Shown in pieces: positions 36,121-50,101 of a stretch of DNA of 64,000 bases. Where the stretch lies: NCBI GenBank assembly GCA_047495785.1, contig JBLDXI010000016.1, forward strand, positions 930,001 to 994,000. The letters run 5' to 3'. The notes under the pieces were generated by a model that saw only the letters and a list, made by a program, of their open reading frames with translations, was not told the origin of the DNA and searched no databases. Every line of letters starts with the position of its first letter. Positions within the stretch are counted from its first letter, which is position 1. A program made the position numbers and the translations under genes. Source of the stretch: Lepidodermella squamata. Lineage: Eukaryota > Animalia > Gastrotricha.

Positions 36121-39100
36121 TCATGTAAATACTCGGCTTCGAACAGGTTTTTCTTCGGCTGTAATTGTTTCTATCACAGCATGGGTTACTTTTTTAAGGC
36201 AACAATCGACGTGCCATTTCACCCTGGCCGCATCTGGCGCTCCTTGCTGCCCAGTCGCTGTTGAAATTAATTTAGCAATGTGCTGAGAAAGAAGCAGACG
36301 AATCTGAAAAAATCGGATTATTTTTAATTTAAAATTTTCCAATTTTGTTAAATTTACCGAAGAGCTATCCTTATTCTTAGGCTTGTTAACATCCAGATCA
36401 GCAGCTCGTCGGCCGTCGGCAATTGATACGACCAATTGAGGCGACTTTTTGTCCGTTTTTGGGGCATTATTTCGCTTCACGAATTCAGGTAGAACAGCGT
36501 CGCTACTCGAAGGCGGCGCCCCTTCTATCATATCCAAAACTAGGTTAAATTGTTCGAAAACCGAGTGATCTAGAACCAACAAATGTAGTAAATATTGACA
36601 AAATTAACAAAAAATCGTTACTCTTGAAAATCGGAACGACAGCCCATGCAATGGCTTCGAGATCATCGGCCGTTGGTGGGATGTGAAGATGTTTTTCTGA
36701 TAACGACCGCAACGCCCCGGGTCTAAGTAAATCCTTCTCTGACGACCCTGTTGGAACGATGTAGTCAGCTTTCAGCCGGTAAACAGTGAACAGCAACACG
36801 ACTGATTTGTTCAAAGATGGGTACAGCGTCTATAAACGGAACAAAGGTTCAAAATTCGGGCGAAAAAATTAAATTGAACTCACTTGAGCTGGATCTTTCC
36901 AAGATTGCTGGCCGACAGAGCTGTCAATGTCCGTTTCTAGGGCAAAAATATTGCGACGGGTTCCGCTAGCTACATTCGCAGCTTCAGGCGGAAATAATTC
37001 GCATTTACAGAACAATAATTGAGCTGGAGCAGGAAGATTGTCTGGAAAAACAAGAAACATTTCTCAAAAAATTTAGAGAAAAAAAATAAAAAATACCGTC
37101 GTTAATGTTGAAAGAACTGCCAAATTTCACGGTAATTCCAGCCATTTCAGTGTAAACCAAATGCTCGTTAGGCGAGAGTAATTCATCAGGAAAAACGCCA
37201 TCTTTCAAACACCGCTTCTGCATCCACTTGCCATAAGCAGCTGTATTGAATCCATCTGATTTTTCTCCCTTTTGCGACATTAAAAAATGGCACGCATCTC
37301 GAACAGTCGGCGGATGTTGGGACGGGCTTGTCTCAGCTATCATCCGATCTTCCTCCATTGAAACAGTCATAAATGTCTCTTCGAATTTAGAGGTTATAAA
37401 CGTCTCGTTGTTTTGGTAGTAACCACTCGAGTAGAGCGGGACATCAGCATATTTCTAAAAAAAAATGAAAAATTGAAAAATTAACTTGAAAATTTGAAAA
37501 TTTTGAAAATTAAATGTTAAACGTTTAAAATTTCAAACATATAAAATTTTAAATTGAATTTTAACATTTTAAATTTTAAAAATTAAATCAATGTCTTACA
37601 TCTTCGTGAGGAAGCAAGCGAATCAGAAGAGTGGCAGCGGGTATTGGCGGCGAGTTCAAGACTCCATCTATCGCATCCTGAGTCACTGTATTTAGCCTTT
37701 TATCCGGTTTCGGTGGAAGTGATTGGAAAAGCCGGACTTGATGGCCTCCTTTCTTCAACACAGTCTGCAAACAAATTCAAATTTTTTTGAAAATTTCAAA
37801 TAATTTCTTAATTACCTTCGAATTTCGTCCAACTTGTACATCTTTGAACATCGGAAAAACGGTACTGCCCACGACAAAAGGCTTCCCACTAAATTTATCC
37901 ACGGTTATAATCGTCAAAATCGCAACCATTTCCTTTGTCGGTTTTTTCTTCTTCTCATTGAGAACAACCCGGCCGTTGTAGTACGGCGATTTTAGGGCCG
38001 ACTCAAGGTGAGACAAAAACAGGACATTTTCCGGCGCCGCGACACTGCCGGAATTGCCAAACGTCAAATGCGCCATAGTAATCGTGCAATTGTCCGGTAG
38101 AAATCTAGCCCCATCAACGTAGAAATCGAACGTCTCACCGAAGTCGATGTGATCGTCATCGGCTAGCAGACTAGGTTGATATCGAATAAAGCCGCCCGAT
38201 GGCGGCAATTCTGGGACAATTTGCCGAATTGAGGCGAAATCCAACTCGGGCAGTTTCTCCTCAAATTCCATCGCGGGTTGGACTGCTGATGTTGGCGATG
38301 ACTTGGTCGGCATGATTTTATTGAAAGTTGGCTCGTCAATTGGCACAGTGCCAGGGTTGAAAATTTCAACGGTTAAATGCGAAAAATGGGACGCGTATTC
38401 GTTATCTAGCAGGATGTTTTTGTCGGCTAAAGCAGCGAGTGGGGCGAGGGCTAGTGATAACTTGGCCGTTTGTAGTGAAAACCATTTCACGTCGTTGATG
38501 ACTTGCCATGATTTGTTGTTGTCCGACGGTGTCCACGGGCCGATTTGCGTCCAGCCGAATAGCGCGCTTTGTGTTTCTTCAGATTTTAGGGGGAAATCGC
38601 CGTTGTAGATGAGGGCCATGAACACGTTGGGGAGGCCACCGCTGCGACGGAGGAGCTCGATTCCGCGTTCTTGCGTGACGAAGGTTTTCGGCGAAAATGG
38701 ACCTTCGACGAATTCGTCCAAAAATCGAACGACGTGAACTACGTCGCCAGCTGAGTTTGTTGACTGGATTGCAAAATTAAATAAAAATTAGAATAAACAA
38801 TACAAAATTTCCAGCTTAAAGTTGTTTGAATTATTAGAACAAAATTAGATAGATGAAACCTATAGTGGACACCCTAAAGGGGCTCATCAATAAATGTCCC
38901 AAAATTAGGGGCTTTCGATGAGAGAAACTCGAAACGTCGCGCAAATAAAATCAAAACATCGGTGATTGTTAAAATCGATACCGGAAATCGATATCGGCTC
39001 TGTAAATTGAAGGTTACCAAACCTTCAACTTCATAAACTGACCGCCGATTCAGCGCAAAATAATCCTAATATTGAGATTCAAGTCATTATAATATGTTAG

Positions 39101-42100
39101 GCATAATAATAAAGAAATTTAAATTCCCGAGTCTACAGAGCCGAAATCGATTTCCTGTATCGATTTTAAAAATCAGTGCTTTTTCCGATTGAAGCCACTA
39201 TTAAAAATTTTATCACATTGTTGAGGATACCAACCAGCTACCATAAATAGTTCCAGGGTTAAAGGTCAACAAAGGTCAAGATAGAATTGGCAATTTTGAA
39301 ATTTCTAAAAATCGAGAAAATTTAGAGCTGAAATCTAAATCTAAATCTAAAATATTTCAATATTGGGAATTGGAAATAAAATCGATCAGAAAGTATTCCA
39401 ATTCAAAAAGCATTACTGAATCTCGGGCGAAAGGAGGCCGTCGATTAGTGAAATTGCCCATGTGAAGAGCTCCGAAATACGTCGACAGGATGACGCTGAA
39501 TTTGCTGATATCAAGTTCGTACAGCCATTGGTATTGCTTCAGACAATGATTAGGAATAATCAACTGAATTTCAAGGTCACGCAAGCCGAAACGTGGTAGA
39601 ATTGCATCTAGCCTAGTCAGATGACCTTGATCTCGCGCTGAAAGCCGGCCCGATAACGGCCCAGAAAACATTTCATCCAGTTGCCTGGGAAATAGATTCA
39701 ATAAAAAAATTGAAATAAAATCCGGAAAAATCACTCACACTTTCTGGCGATTAAGCTTCGAAGCTTCGATAATATTATCGTTATGCTCGATAAATACAAA
39801 CGCGGCTTGAAGGTCTACTGTATATAACACGTTTGGCTCTTGGACCAGAATCTTTAATTTAAGTAAAATTTTAGAAAATTCAAAAAAATTCGAAAAAATT
39901 CTCAAACCTCTTGCAAGCCTTCGAAATCAAACGCTTCGAGGAGTCGATGTCGTAGTAGCATTAAGATGGATAAAGCAAGGTGTTCAATGACCCGACTGTT
40001 CCAGGCAAACATCATAAATTGATCCCAGGCAAACATAACGCCATGGCTGTCAAGTACCCCGACGAATCCCTCCGAAACCCATGAGTACATAATATTGATA
40101 AAATGCTCGAAGCCTTTCAACGCCTGATCGCGGACAAATAGCGGCATTTTGCCGTCACTTCTTTCCCCTGATTTTTTGCTGTCGCCTTTTGATGAGCTAG
40201 GCTTTTTCATCATTTCGTGCTGCCGGCAAGCTTCTTCGAGATGGCTAGCTAGCTCGTCGTCTTTATCGGCGATTTTTTTAACAACCGCCTCGGCGATGTT
40301 TCGAGCCTCGTCCCAGCCAGGGAAAACATCGCGGCGAAACAGGTGCAAGTACAAGGCAAGATCCAAACAATGCTCAGCTAATTAAACATTAAATAAAAAA
40401 AAATTCTCGAAATGTGAGGCTCTAATTTACGCTGATGGGTTGCATCTTCGAATGCGAGTTGTAGCGGGTAGAGCCAAAAGATCATGTGAACTTCATAGTT
40501 TCGTTCACTGATATAAAACGCGTTCAAAGCATCAGCTGCATCTTTGAGATGGGCGTCATTGAAAGAGGACGCTAAACCTGGAGCTCGTTTATAGGTCTGG
40601 AATTTAATTTTTAATAATTTTCAATAAAAAATTGGGTCGAAATAAATACCTCAATCAAGGCATTGTCAATAACGGATGCGATCGGGGATAGATTTGTCTT
40701 TTTCAGGTTCAACTCAGTTAAACCTCGCGCGATTCCTCGGCCGAAATTTTCTCGAACCAATCTCTCAGCTTGTCTATTAAGGGCAAAAAATAAAGCTTCT
40801 AAAACTTTGATTAAAAGGTTCCAACTAACAACTGCCGAGTTCGTTCTCGTTCTTTTCTGAGTAAGGAATCCATCCAAATGAATATTCGAAGTGTTTTCGG
40901 AAGTTGGCGGCCGTGTAATCTAGGATTTGAAGCTCGTTTTCAGGTTTGAATGAGATATTTTCAGAGACTTACTTGCAGACGACATCGGCAACTCGACGAG
41001 GATCTCGTTGAAGTAGGGCGACTACAGCCCCGCCAATTCTGTCCGAAGCTTGAGAGGTAAGTGGAGGCATTGGAGCGTGGGCTGGAAGGGCTACATTTTC
41101 TGAATAAAAATTATAATAAATTACAATAAATTCGAGAGAAATTCCGTTTAATGAGGATCGAATAGTTTAAATTTGCGAGATCTCGAATTTTCCATCATTT
41201 CCAGCCTAAAAGATTACGAAATAAATGTTGTAGATTGGCAAAATTACAACGGCTAAAATATATTATTTTAGCGATTTCGGGGTTTCAATTATAAAAAGTT
41301 TGAAGTTTTTTAATTCAAATTTTTTCAAATTTGTCATATTACTTTTGTATTTCTTCAGGATATTAGCATCCGAGTCGTCGCCAGCCTCAGACGGGACCGT
41401 AGATCGGGCAGTGGATGCCGTTTCGTAGAATCCCAAACTACTCAGTCGACCGGCCAACAATTTCGGAATAACTTTATTCATCGAATTCGGATCATCACCC
41501 GCCATAGCTGCAGCTTTTTCGGCTTGCTTCGCCCTTTTAGCCCGCGCCTGAGCGATAAACATGTGCCGATCTAGGCCGACGTAGAAAATCCTATAGCAAT
41601 GGGTTAGGAAATCCGCCATCTCAGGCGAAGCTTTAGGACTGGGAAAAATTCGGATTAATTTTAGGAAAAATAATAATTTTAATTCTTACTCTACATCCTC
41701 GTTCGGAGGCACTCGTTCGCAGCGAGCTTCTTCTGTCGCTTTTGTCCATTGAACATTCAGCCAATCAGCAGCTTCTCGAACAATTTGCCGCCGATCTCCC
41801 TCGTTTAATGTCAGCTTTAAAATAAAAATGAAAAAATTCTCGAAAATTCCTCGAAATTAGGCGAACCAAAGCCATGACGTCACGCTTCTCGTCTGGGAAG
41901 GTGTTCTCGACAAAGTTTGGTCCTAATAGTTGAAAAATTGCCTCCTTCCGAGCGGCATCGCCAAACTGGCCCTTCAACCGCTTTATAAACACTGGTATAA
42001 CTCGCTTCATCATCTGGAAAATTTAGAGAAAAATTTGAAAAAATCCCAATCGAATTTTGCGTTGTTTAGTACCTTGTGCCATGGACTGCCGGGTAAGACA

Positions 42101-42345
42101 GTTTCATTGAGGCATGAATTCATCCACGGTTGGTTGAACACGTCGAGCCGAAGCCGCCTCTCTTCGAAATCGCTCTCTTCATCTGACGAAGAATGGGCGT
42201 TGGAAGCCGGCCTGCGATCTCTTAAACGCACCCGAGTTGGGGCCTGTTTTTCGCCACCTTGCTGCTCATCCTGCTTCGGCTTTGGCGGCTTCTTCACGCC
42301 TCGCGCTGGTACAGGGCTAGCTGCTAGTGATTCAGAATCTTCCAT
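36121..42345 (-). CDS. Large multi-exon protein with a Rab-GAP TBC-like region and a C2-like domain
   Basis: About 15 exons linked by GT-AG introns. WVSEGFVGVLDSHGVMFAWDQFMMFAW..LALSILMLLRHRLL resembles a TBC C-terminal subdomain; FDFYVDGARFLPDNCTIT is C2-like. The domain calls are from memory only. Confidence 0.6.
38962..39177. repeat. Intronic inverted repeat, member of a dispersed MITE-like family
   Basis: AAAATCGATACCGGAAATCGATATCGGCTCTGTA versus TACAGAGCCGAAATCGATTTCCTGTATCGATTTT; related single arms at about 44857 and 47341. Confidence 0.7.
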
Positions 42346-44041
42346 GGTAGAATTTTTATGTGAGAGTATTTGAAATTTTACTAGTAGCTCATTGGTGTAG
42401 AGCTTTGATGAATGGCTGAAATCGCGAGTAAATGGACGCTGCAAGCTCTATTGACAGTTTACTCGTGTCACATCAATAGACCCAAAGTGGTCTTTGAAAA
42501 GCCCAGTTATTCATAGGTTTGCTTGATATTAGAGGCCTTCAGGGTGTAAACAAAGGTCACTCCATTGTTCATCCATAATAATTATCTGTATTTCGTAATA
42601 ATTCCATATTTTCCATTCGTCAATTTTCTAATAAAAGGAATTATCTCCAACATAGATTTCAAAAATATCCTCTCGATGAGACGATTCCAAGAAATTATTT
42701 GCAACGCTATAGCCGTTACCGTTGATTTTTAATAAATTTTCAAAAAATAGAAAAATAAAATTCTTTCAGAATTAGCTCTCCTAACAATCTAGAAAATTAT
42801 TGATTGATATAATTTAATATAGGAAAGATTATCGGGCCCATGATACTAGACATAACTGAAATTTTTAAAATTTAAAGTTGACACCTGTAATTTTCGCTTC
42901 TTTTCTTTTTTTAATATTTTTAATCGCCATTCCATGAACATCGGCCCACTCGTCGGCTGGCTTCATTGCCAACAATTCGCAATTCATTTAAGAAATATTA
43001 AGGCAGAATATGGATGAGTAATAGGTCATTGAGTTAATTGCCGTTTTTACCTCTACTCACCTGAGTTGCTAATGGAACTTCAAAAACCGCACTAAAAGCA
43101 TGGCGGTTTGGCGTAAACAACATAGTACCTGTTGTTTTCAATCGATTTGGCCGCGGCGCTAACTCTCGCGAGAAAGCAGGACGGTGCACAACATTTATTG
43201 CTATTAGAGGATACCGGCATATGGTGCACTGAAGAAACCACGCCCTGGTCTTATTTCCATGGAAAGAGGTAAACATCATCTCACCCTCGCCAATACAATA
43301 GAATGGTGCGCGGCCATATTTTGCCGCGAGCAAAAAAATTATGGCAGGCAATACAATATGGTATAGCTATAAACGCATTCTGTTAGGAATATTATTCAGG
43401 CCAAAACGTGTCCTGATTGTAATTTATTTTTTTCATTAGAATAACTGGTTCTTAGAAATAGCCGTATTAAAAATATTATTTTTTCGCGCATTACTATATG
43501 ATTTTTTTTATCGAGTTTTTCGTGAGGTTATTAACGGGAATCTCCTGAGCCGGCGGTGTGAACTTGCTTAATACCCGCTGTAGTAATAATTCAGTTTTCG
43601 TTGAGTGATATAGATTTTTGCTGAAAATATACGCGCACAATATAATAAGCAAGTTGAGAGCGCGTCGCTATATTGACTTCCTGCCATAGATTTCATATTA
43701 TTCTGAGCACAGCGGCTGCGATTTTATTCCTTTCATTCATTTTCAGCAGCAATCATTACAGCCACGCTTGAGCTCTTTATATTCTATAACTTTTTCGCGT
43801 AATTGAGACCAATTATTAATAGCGTGGAATTTAAAAAATACGTGTGAAACATTGTCTACATAGGCATGACAACCTTTTCACGGCAGATTAGCTCTAAAAA
43901 TAATCTAAATCGTCAATATATATGATGAATGTAGAGGTACTCTGCTTTGTAATGCTGTTTTTTTCCAATTTGTTTAATTTTCCCATTATTTAAAAATTTA
44001 ATTCTTAATTTGCGGATTATTTATTTTAGATAATTCTTGAT

Positions 44042-45940
44042 ATGCCTCCAACTTACCGAGATTTTAACAAATCCGGAGACGAAGAAGCTAGAGAAAATGA
44101 GCTGAGACGAGCGATTTTCGAGGGTGATAACTCGAAATTCGAAAAATTACTACACAATTTCTCGCGCGAAGAAATTACCGATAAATACTCGTCAACACTC
44201 TTCGGATTACTCTGCCTCGCAATTCATGTGACAAATGAGAAGGCAGTTCGGCTACTCCTCGAACTGGGCGTTGATCCTAACGCAAGGTTGATCAATGGAA
44301 ACGCTGTAGTACTGCTGATTAGCGCAGTCAAATGCGGCCGAATTTTCTCGTTGTACGAACGCGATCCTACGTTAATGGCCTTATCTGTCGCCGAAATTAT
44401 CCGCGCTTTGTTACTGCATGGAGCGGATCCTTTGCCGAAAATTGCGGGTGAAGACGAAAATTCGGATGAGCCGTGCACGAAATGTTCGGCTGTTTTTGGC
44501 GAAATCACGCCGTTGGAGCACTACAGCGGTAGTGGAAGTGAGATTTTGAATCCTTTATTCTACCTCCACCATTTGGCAGTCAACTCGCCGATTTCGGCCG
44601 ATTTATTGCTCAAAGCTGTTCCTAGCAATCGATTCCAAGGTAAAATAATTTTTTAATCTTTTTTTGCGGAACCAAATTTACAAAATATTAAACTAGGGTC
44701 CAAAATTGTTCCCAATTTTTCACGATTTTCCCCTTTTTTAATATTGATGATGATGTACCCCATAACCCTGGGTTTTAACCCTATTTTAGCTACCTGGCAC
44801 CCTTGGGTACGTAAAAAAAATTTCAGTGATAGCTTTCAAAGCTACCGATATAAAAAAATCACTGATTTGTAAAATCGATACTCAGATTCGATTTCGGGCT
44901 GATTGCTGAGGTAACTCTTAAAATGGGATATCAATCTTGGGACCAAGACTTGAAATTCTAGAAGCCAGTTTTTGGGAAAATCTAGTGCTGGAGCCACGAA
45001 TAAAGATTCCTAAATTGAGTTTGGGCTGCCCGCCGACCTTTTATACCTAGTAAGGTTTGGTCTATTTTGTGGGACATTATGAGGCTTAAAAAGGATCAGT
45101 GGAAAATTCTACGAATTATCCTTGAATTTCAAATAATTTCAAATAGAATTTCAAATAGGTAAAGAAGGAAAATTGTCGAAAATTCTTTGCGCTGTTATTT
45201 ACATAAAAAATTGCATCTTATCATATCCTTAAATTCCCGAAAATTTTGAAAATTATTTTTAGACCAATCATTTTATTTTTCAAAAATTGGGTCCCAGAAA
45301 ACTGAAAAAATTCAGTAAAAAATGCATGATTTCCATTCCGTTTTCAGGTGCCTACGAACCTATTTGTAACTGTGATACAACCCAGCAGACACCGCTGAGT
45401 GCTCTCTTCATAAGAGCCGCAAAAAACTATGGATGCAATCGAGACATAGCAGCAATATTTCAACACGCCATTCTACCTTTATTACGAAGTGGTGCTCGGC
45501 TAAATTTCGAAAAATTACTCGCGAATCCATCGTATCTAGCCTCAATTGCTCGGCTGAACACCTTTCGAAGCGTCGCAATTTTCGGCCGGCCCAACGTGAT
45601 TGCCGATATTTTAATCGAATCGAACCATCGAGCTAATTACGGCTCGTTAAATGTCGCAAAATTGCACGAAGCTGTCGAAAATAATCAAGTTGGCAATGAC
45701 CTAATTTCAGACTCGGATTACGTTGATTTCAATTACGCGCTGCCTGTGAGACACCTTGCGACTTACCTTGGATTGAAACACCCTAGGCCTCTTCAGGCAA
45801 TTTGCCGCCAGGCGATTTTAGACACCCTACCTAGAGGCCCTGAGAAAAGACTGAAAGCGATTGAAACCTTGCCGTTGCCTGTTTGTTTGATCAATTACCT
45901 CAATTTCAACGAATTTTCTTTTCCACAACATGAAGAATAA
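44042..45940 (+). CDS. Ankyrin-repeat plus SOCS-box protein (ASB-like), 2 exons
   Basis: AVRLLLELGVDPN, IIRALLLHGADP; SOCS box PLQAICRQAILDTLP..IETLPLPVCLINYLNF; intron at about 44640-45348. Confidence 0.85.
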
Positions 45941-46022
45941 CATTTTTTTTATAATTTACGATCTCTTCTTTGAAAAATAATATTTTTAAATAAAAACCTT
46001 AATCAATATTTGGCGTATTTTT

Positions 46023-48334
46023 TTAATGTTCCCGGGTATTAAGCTGGATCCGAGAGTCACTTTGGCTATTTATTTCAGAATTGTTTGCTGTAGACTGCCG
46101 GCTCCGGAACTTTTTCCGTCCCAACACAAAACTTGTCCAAAACGGGTTTATAGCCGAGTCAAACTGCTGCAGGTAATGAGATGCCGATACTGCGAACGAT
46201 TGAATGCGATAATTTCGCGTTTGAGTAGCTTGTTGCACCTGGGCGAACACGATTAGGATAGGCAGGAAGCAGATGATGAATTCGATGACGGAACAGCTCA
46301 TGAGAATTGCTAAAAATCGCTCGCGTCTTCGAGCCTTTTTACGCACTGAATTTTCTGACGATGGCGATGGCTGTTTGCTTCGAACAACGCACCAAACACA
46401 ACTGGTAAACGGTAATAAAATCAGTTAATTATCGATAATTATCTAATGAAATCGAAATTGAAGAAGGTCTACATTTTTGCCCGTCTGAAGTTTCAACGAC
46501 AAAATATCCCCAGACAAATGAGCCCAAATAAAAATGTTTGTTTTTGGCGACAAAATATCTCAAGACGATTGAAAAAAAGTCGGGGACAAAATATCCCTGA
46601 CGATTCAGCCCAAAATAGAATACTTGTTGAGACATTTTAGCACGCGACAAGTTGTCGCGCCTAATGAAATGACATCGCTATAAGTCACCTGATGATTCCT
46701 TGCGTAGGCTACTTGAATGTATTTAGAATATGTAAGGAGAGGGCGCGTCACCAAAGGGCGCTTCGGTGTGGCCATTTTGTCTGAAAACGGTTCGACTATC
46801 GCACCGGCAAACATGTAGTAAGGTATCAAAAAATAAGCTACACCTGGCTGTTCATGATATTAAAGAATGCTGGTTTTTAGGGACATGGTCAAGTTGCGAC
46901 TTTGTTCATTTCAGTAAAAAAAACTGTTGAGCTTTCCGATTTCAAAATTAATTAAATCCGACTTTATTTTCAGTCAAATAAAACACAGGGATTTGGGCTA
47001 CTTTGTATTTGGATATTTGTCGTTGCTATTTTGTCGTGCATTTTTGGCTCTTTTGGCAGGGGCCAAATTGTCGCGTAAACAAATTATTTTTCCTGGGATA
47101 TAACGTTGCGGGGCTATATTGTCGGGGCTATTTTGTCTTGGGCTATACTGTCGTACCACCGTACTAACACTACCACTAAAAAATAGAGATTCCAGCACTA
47201 AAATTTAGCTGGGGCTGAATTTTTCCTTTGTATACTGATACTGATGCCCCCTGAACTTGGGATTTCCCCAAGCTAAGTAGAAAAATTATCGATTTGTGTT
47301 CCAAGATTCCAAGATTTTGTTCCAAGTAGTTGATATATCAAAAATCACTGATTTGGAAACTCGCTACTTGGAAGCGATATCGATTCTGTAGCTGAATTAA
47401 AGCTCGTAAACTTAGCGCAAAATACGCGTAAAAATAAAGATTTTAGGGAAATCTAGTGCTGTAGTCTCAAATTTAGTGCTGGAACCCTAATTTTTGGGTG
47501 ATCAATCAAAATCCTTAAAAACTGTGGTTCCAGGTAATCGACTACAAATTACCTGTAGTTGACAATTATGATGATGAGAGGAATGAAGAATGTCGCAAAC
47601 CCAAAGGCCATTCCTAGAACGGGACCGCTGAATACTTCTCGTGATGGAAATACAACGGAAATAGTAACAGGACCGAGCTTTGGATCCACGTCTATGTCAA
47701 TATTTTGTATTGCTCCGAGGGCCAAAAGTTGAGCTGCATAGGCAGAGGTGACAGAAATCGCAAGGAAAACTAAAACAGCTAGGAGTATCGAGAATTGGTT
47801 ATTTTGTTTCTCCGAAGATGATAGCTGATGATGAATTTGAAGTGATTTTAGACAAATATGCCGCTGAATGCTGATGAGAGCGAAAATATACAGCGATAAC
47901 GTCATACAGGACATGCCGAGAATCAATGGCAGGGTGGTAGTCAGAAAGCTGCTTGAAATTAAGGCATCAATTCTGTGAAAAAAATTCAAATTTTTTAAAT
48001 TAATTTTAAATAATTTTTATTACTACCTTTGCAGTGCTAAAATGAATCCTGTTGTCACATAAGTGACGTTACAAATCACCAGCGCCGTGATTAAGAGAAG
48101 AAATTCCGAGCTGACCTTTCTGAGCTTGAAATTTCGAATCGCCATAAAGTTGCATGGGTAGCATAAAAGCAAATTAATTGCAGGGATTATTGCTTCAAAA
48201 TAGCCGCAATTAAGGTGGCTGCGATTGACCTGGTGCAGGTAAGAAAAAACGCACACGCTGTCCGAGTCGGCTGGGCAGAACCAAGACTGATTTATCGCTG
48301 ACTCGTTAGCGGCCAGCTCAAAGCATTGATCCAT
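46023..48334 (-). CDS. Orphan rhodopsin-family (class A) GPCR, 3 exons
   Basis: Seven hydrophobic segments; LISIQRH at the DRY position, FFIPLIIIIVNY, FIICFLP, DSAINPFW; exons about 48334-48027, 47971-47553 and 46401-46023. Confidence 0.75.
46496..47155. repeat. Degenerate foldback-type element with subterminal tandem repeats, inside a GPCR intron
   Basis: The left block repeats GACAAAATATC; the right block repeats the complementary-like GCTATTTTGTCG/GCTATATTGTCG. Confidence 0.5.
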
Positions 48335-49327
48335 TCAAAATGTGTCCGCCTTTAAAACGTGCAATGTGTATAGGTTCAAAAATCAGATGTAAGAAAGAGG
48401 CACTTTAATTAATTAATGATTATTTTGCCAGCCCGATGAGCGTATATGGGGATTAAAATGCTATGGCAAGTTTCATATTGATTCCCTGTTATCATTAGAT
48501 TTAAATTCCTTCGGTAAGAAAAAGTATAGTCTATACGGCTTCGGAATCAATTGCATCCGAATCGTATAGCTAGCAAATTTCACGGTTGTATAATAGTGCC
48601 AATACATTTCCTATTATAGCATAAACAGCAAGGCTGCGATTAATGGTGGGAGTTGTACCTAATGTTTTTTATTATTCGATAGCATCCACACGACCTTATC
48701 TATGAAAAGTTTATTAGCAAAAGGATTATAAACTGTTATTCGAGGATAAGTCGACAATGAGAAAATTATCGAATTCCAGGGTATAAAAACATGTTCCGAT
48801 TTCGAAAATTACTCATGGTCAGTTTTCGGATTAACAGCGGGAATTTACAAATTACAGAATATCAGGCCGTAAATGGGGACAATGCCAAACCTTTCAAGTG
48901 CGATCAATGTCTGGGAATTGAAGTTTTCGATGCATATTCTCGAATTTTTCAGGTTTGAAGTACAATAAGTGAGCGAAATTATTAGCCTCTCAGCCAGAAC
49001 TATTACGGCTTCAAAATCGATATAATCGCCGTAAAAAAAAAATAAAAAATCAGATGCATGTGATCTTTTTCACTGAAAATTTTCCGCTTGAGAGAAGAAG
49101 CGTTCAATCTACGCCATTCTATTATTGGCCTACTGGAAAAGTTGTAGTGCCTTTTTATCCAAAAACACATCGTTTAATTCTCGTGTGAACTGACCGGAAA
49201 CGGTGGGATAACCTTGGGATAACGGGATAACTTGGCCGCCTATAAAATTGATTTATTGGTACAACATATAAGGAAGACCATACAACAATTACAAGTTTTC
49301 CAGCATTTTGGTTGAAAAAACATATCA

Positions 49328-49399
49328 AGGTCCCATCGAGAATCGAACTCGAGTCGCTGGATTCAGAGTCCAGAGTGCTAACCGCTACACCATGGGACC
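49328..49399 (-). tRNA. tRNA-Gln(CTG)
   Basis: GGTCCCATGGTGTAGCGGTTAGCACTCTGGACTCTGAATCCAGCGACTCGAGTTCGATTCTCGATGGGACCT. Confidence 0.95.
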
Positions 49400-49490
49400 T
49401 TTCGAATACTGTTTCGGGTAAGGTCAGCTTTAACCTTTAACCTCTCCTAGCAATGTGTTCGCTACTCTCGAACATGGGCCATAAAACGTG

Positions 49491-49562
49491 TGCGTCAGCC
49501 GGGAGTCGAACCCGGATCGGCTGCTTGGAAGGCAACCATGCTGACCGTTACACCACTGACGC
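49491..49562 (-). tRNA. tRNA-Gly(TCC)
   Basis: GCGTCAGTGGTGTAACGGTCAGCATGGTTGCCTTCCAAGCAGCCGATCCGGGTTCGACTCCCGGCTGACGCA. Confidence 0.95.
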
Positions 49563-49636
49563 CTCATGAATGTGAGGACTATTATCGAAGGGAACTGTTG
49601 CAGAATTCAGATATCCAATCAGTTTGCAAAAATGTT

Positions 49637-49718
49637 CGTCGCCAGTAGGATTTGAACCTACGCGCGGAGACCGCATCTGATTTCTAGTCAGACCCCTTAA
49701 CCACTCGGGCATAGCGAC
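49637..49718 (-). tRNA. tRNA-Ser(AGA)
   Basis: GTCGCTATGCCCGAGTGGTTAAGGGGTCTGACTAGAAATCAGA...GTAGGTTCAAATCCTACTGGCGACG; long variable arm. Confidence 0.95.
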
Positions 49719-49883
49719 TTGCTGAAGTACCAGTTGACCAGCTAGCTTAACATTGTAGGCTACAAGATTCAGAATTTTGTATCCTAATTACCGGGAGTCA
49801 CGAATACCTTCAATTACTTGCTCAACATGCGTGATAAAAGAAATTTAAAATTTCGGTTTCAGCCGTGGCTGATATCATAATGA

Positions 49884-49958
49884 TGGCAGCGGTGGGGTTC
49901 TAACCCATGCCTCCGAAGAGACTACTAGAAATCTAGCGGAACACTCGGTCACGCTGCT
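49884..49958 (-). pseudogene. tRNA-Leu pseudogene
   Basis: Retains GTCTCTTCGGAGGCATGGGTTAGAACCCCACCGCTGCCA; D arm and anticodon arm are damaged. Confidence 0.75.
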
Positions 49959-50101
49959 TCGATGGAAAGCTAACGGAAAGGCCGAACAACGAGTATTTGT
50001 CATCAGCTATAAAAGCCGAAGATCGAGTAAGGACCAATGTTGTCCGGATGGTTTCAGGACATTACTTTATATAAATGGGTGGCATATTTTCGTAACATTT
50101 T

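Noticed and set aside
36121-42345. Non-canonical introns that might explain the variant U1
   Set aside because: Every intron I could trace has GT...AG ends.
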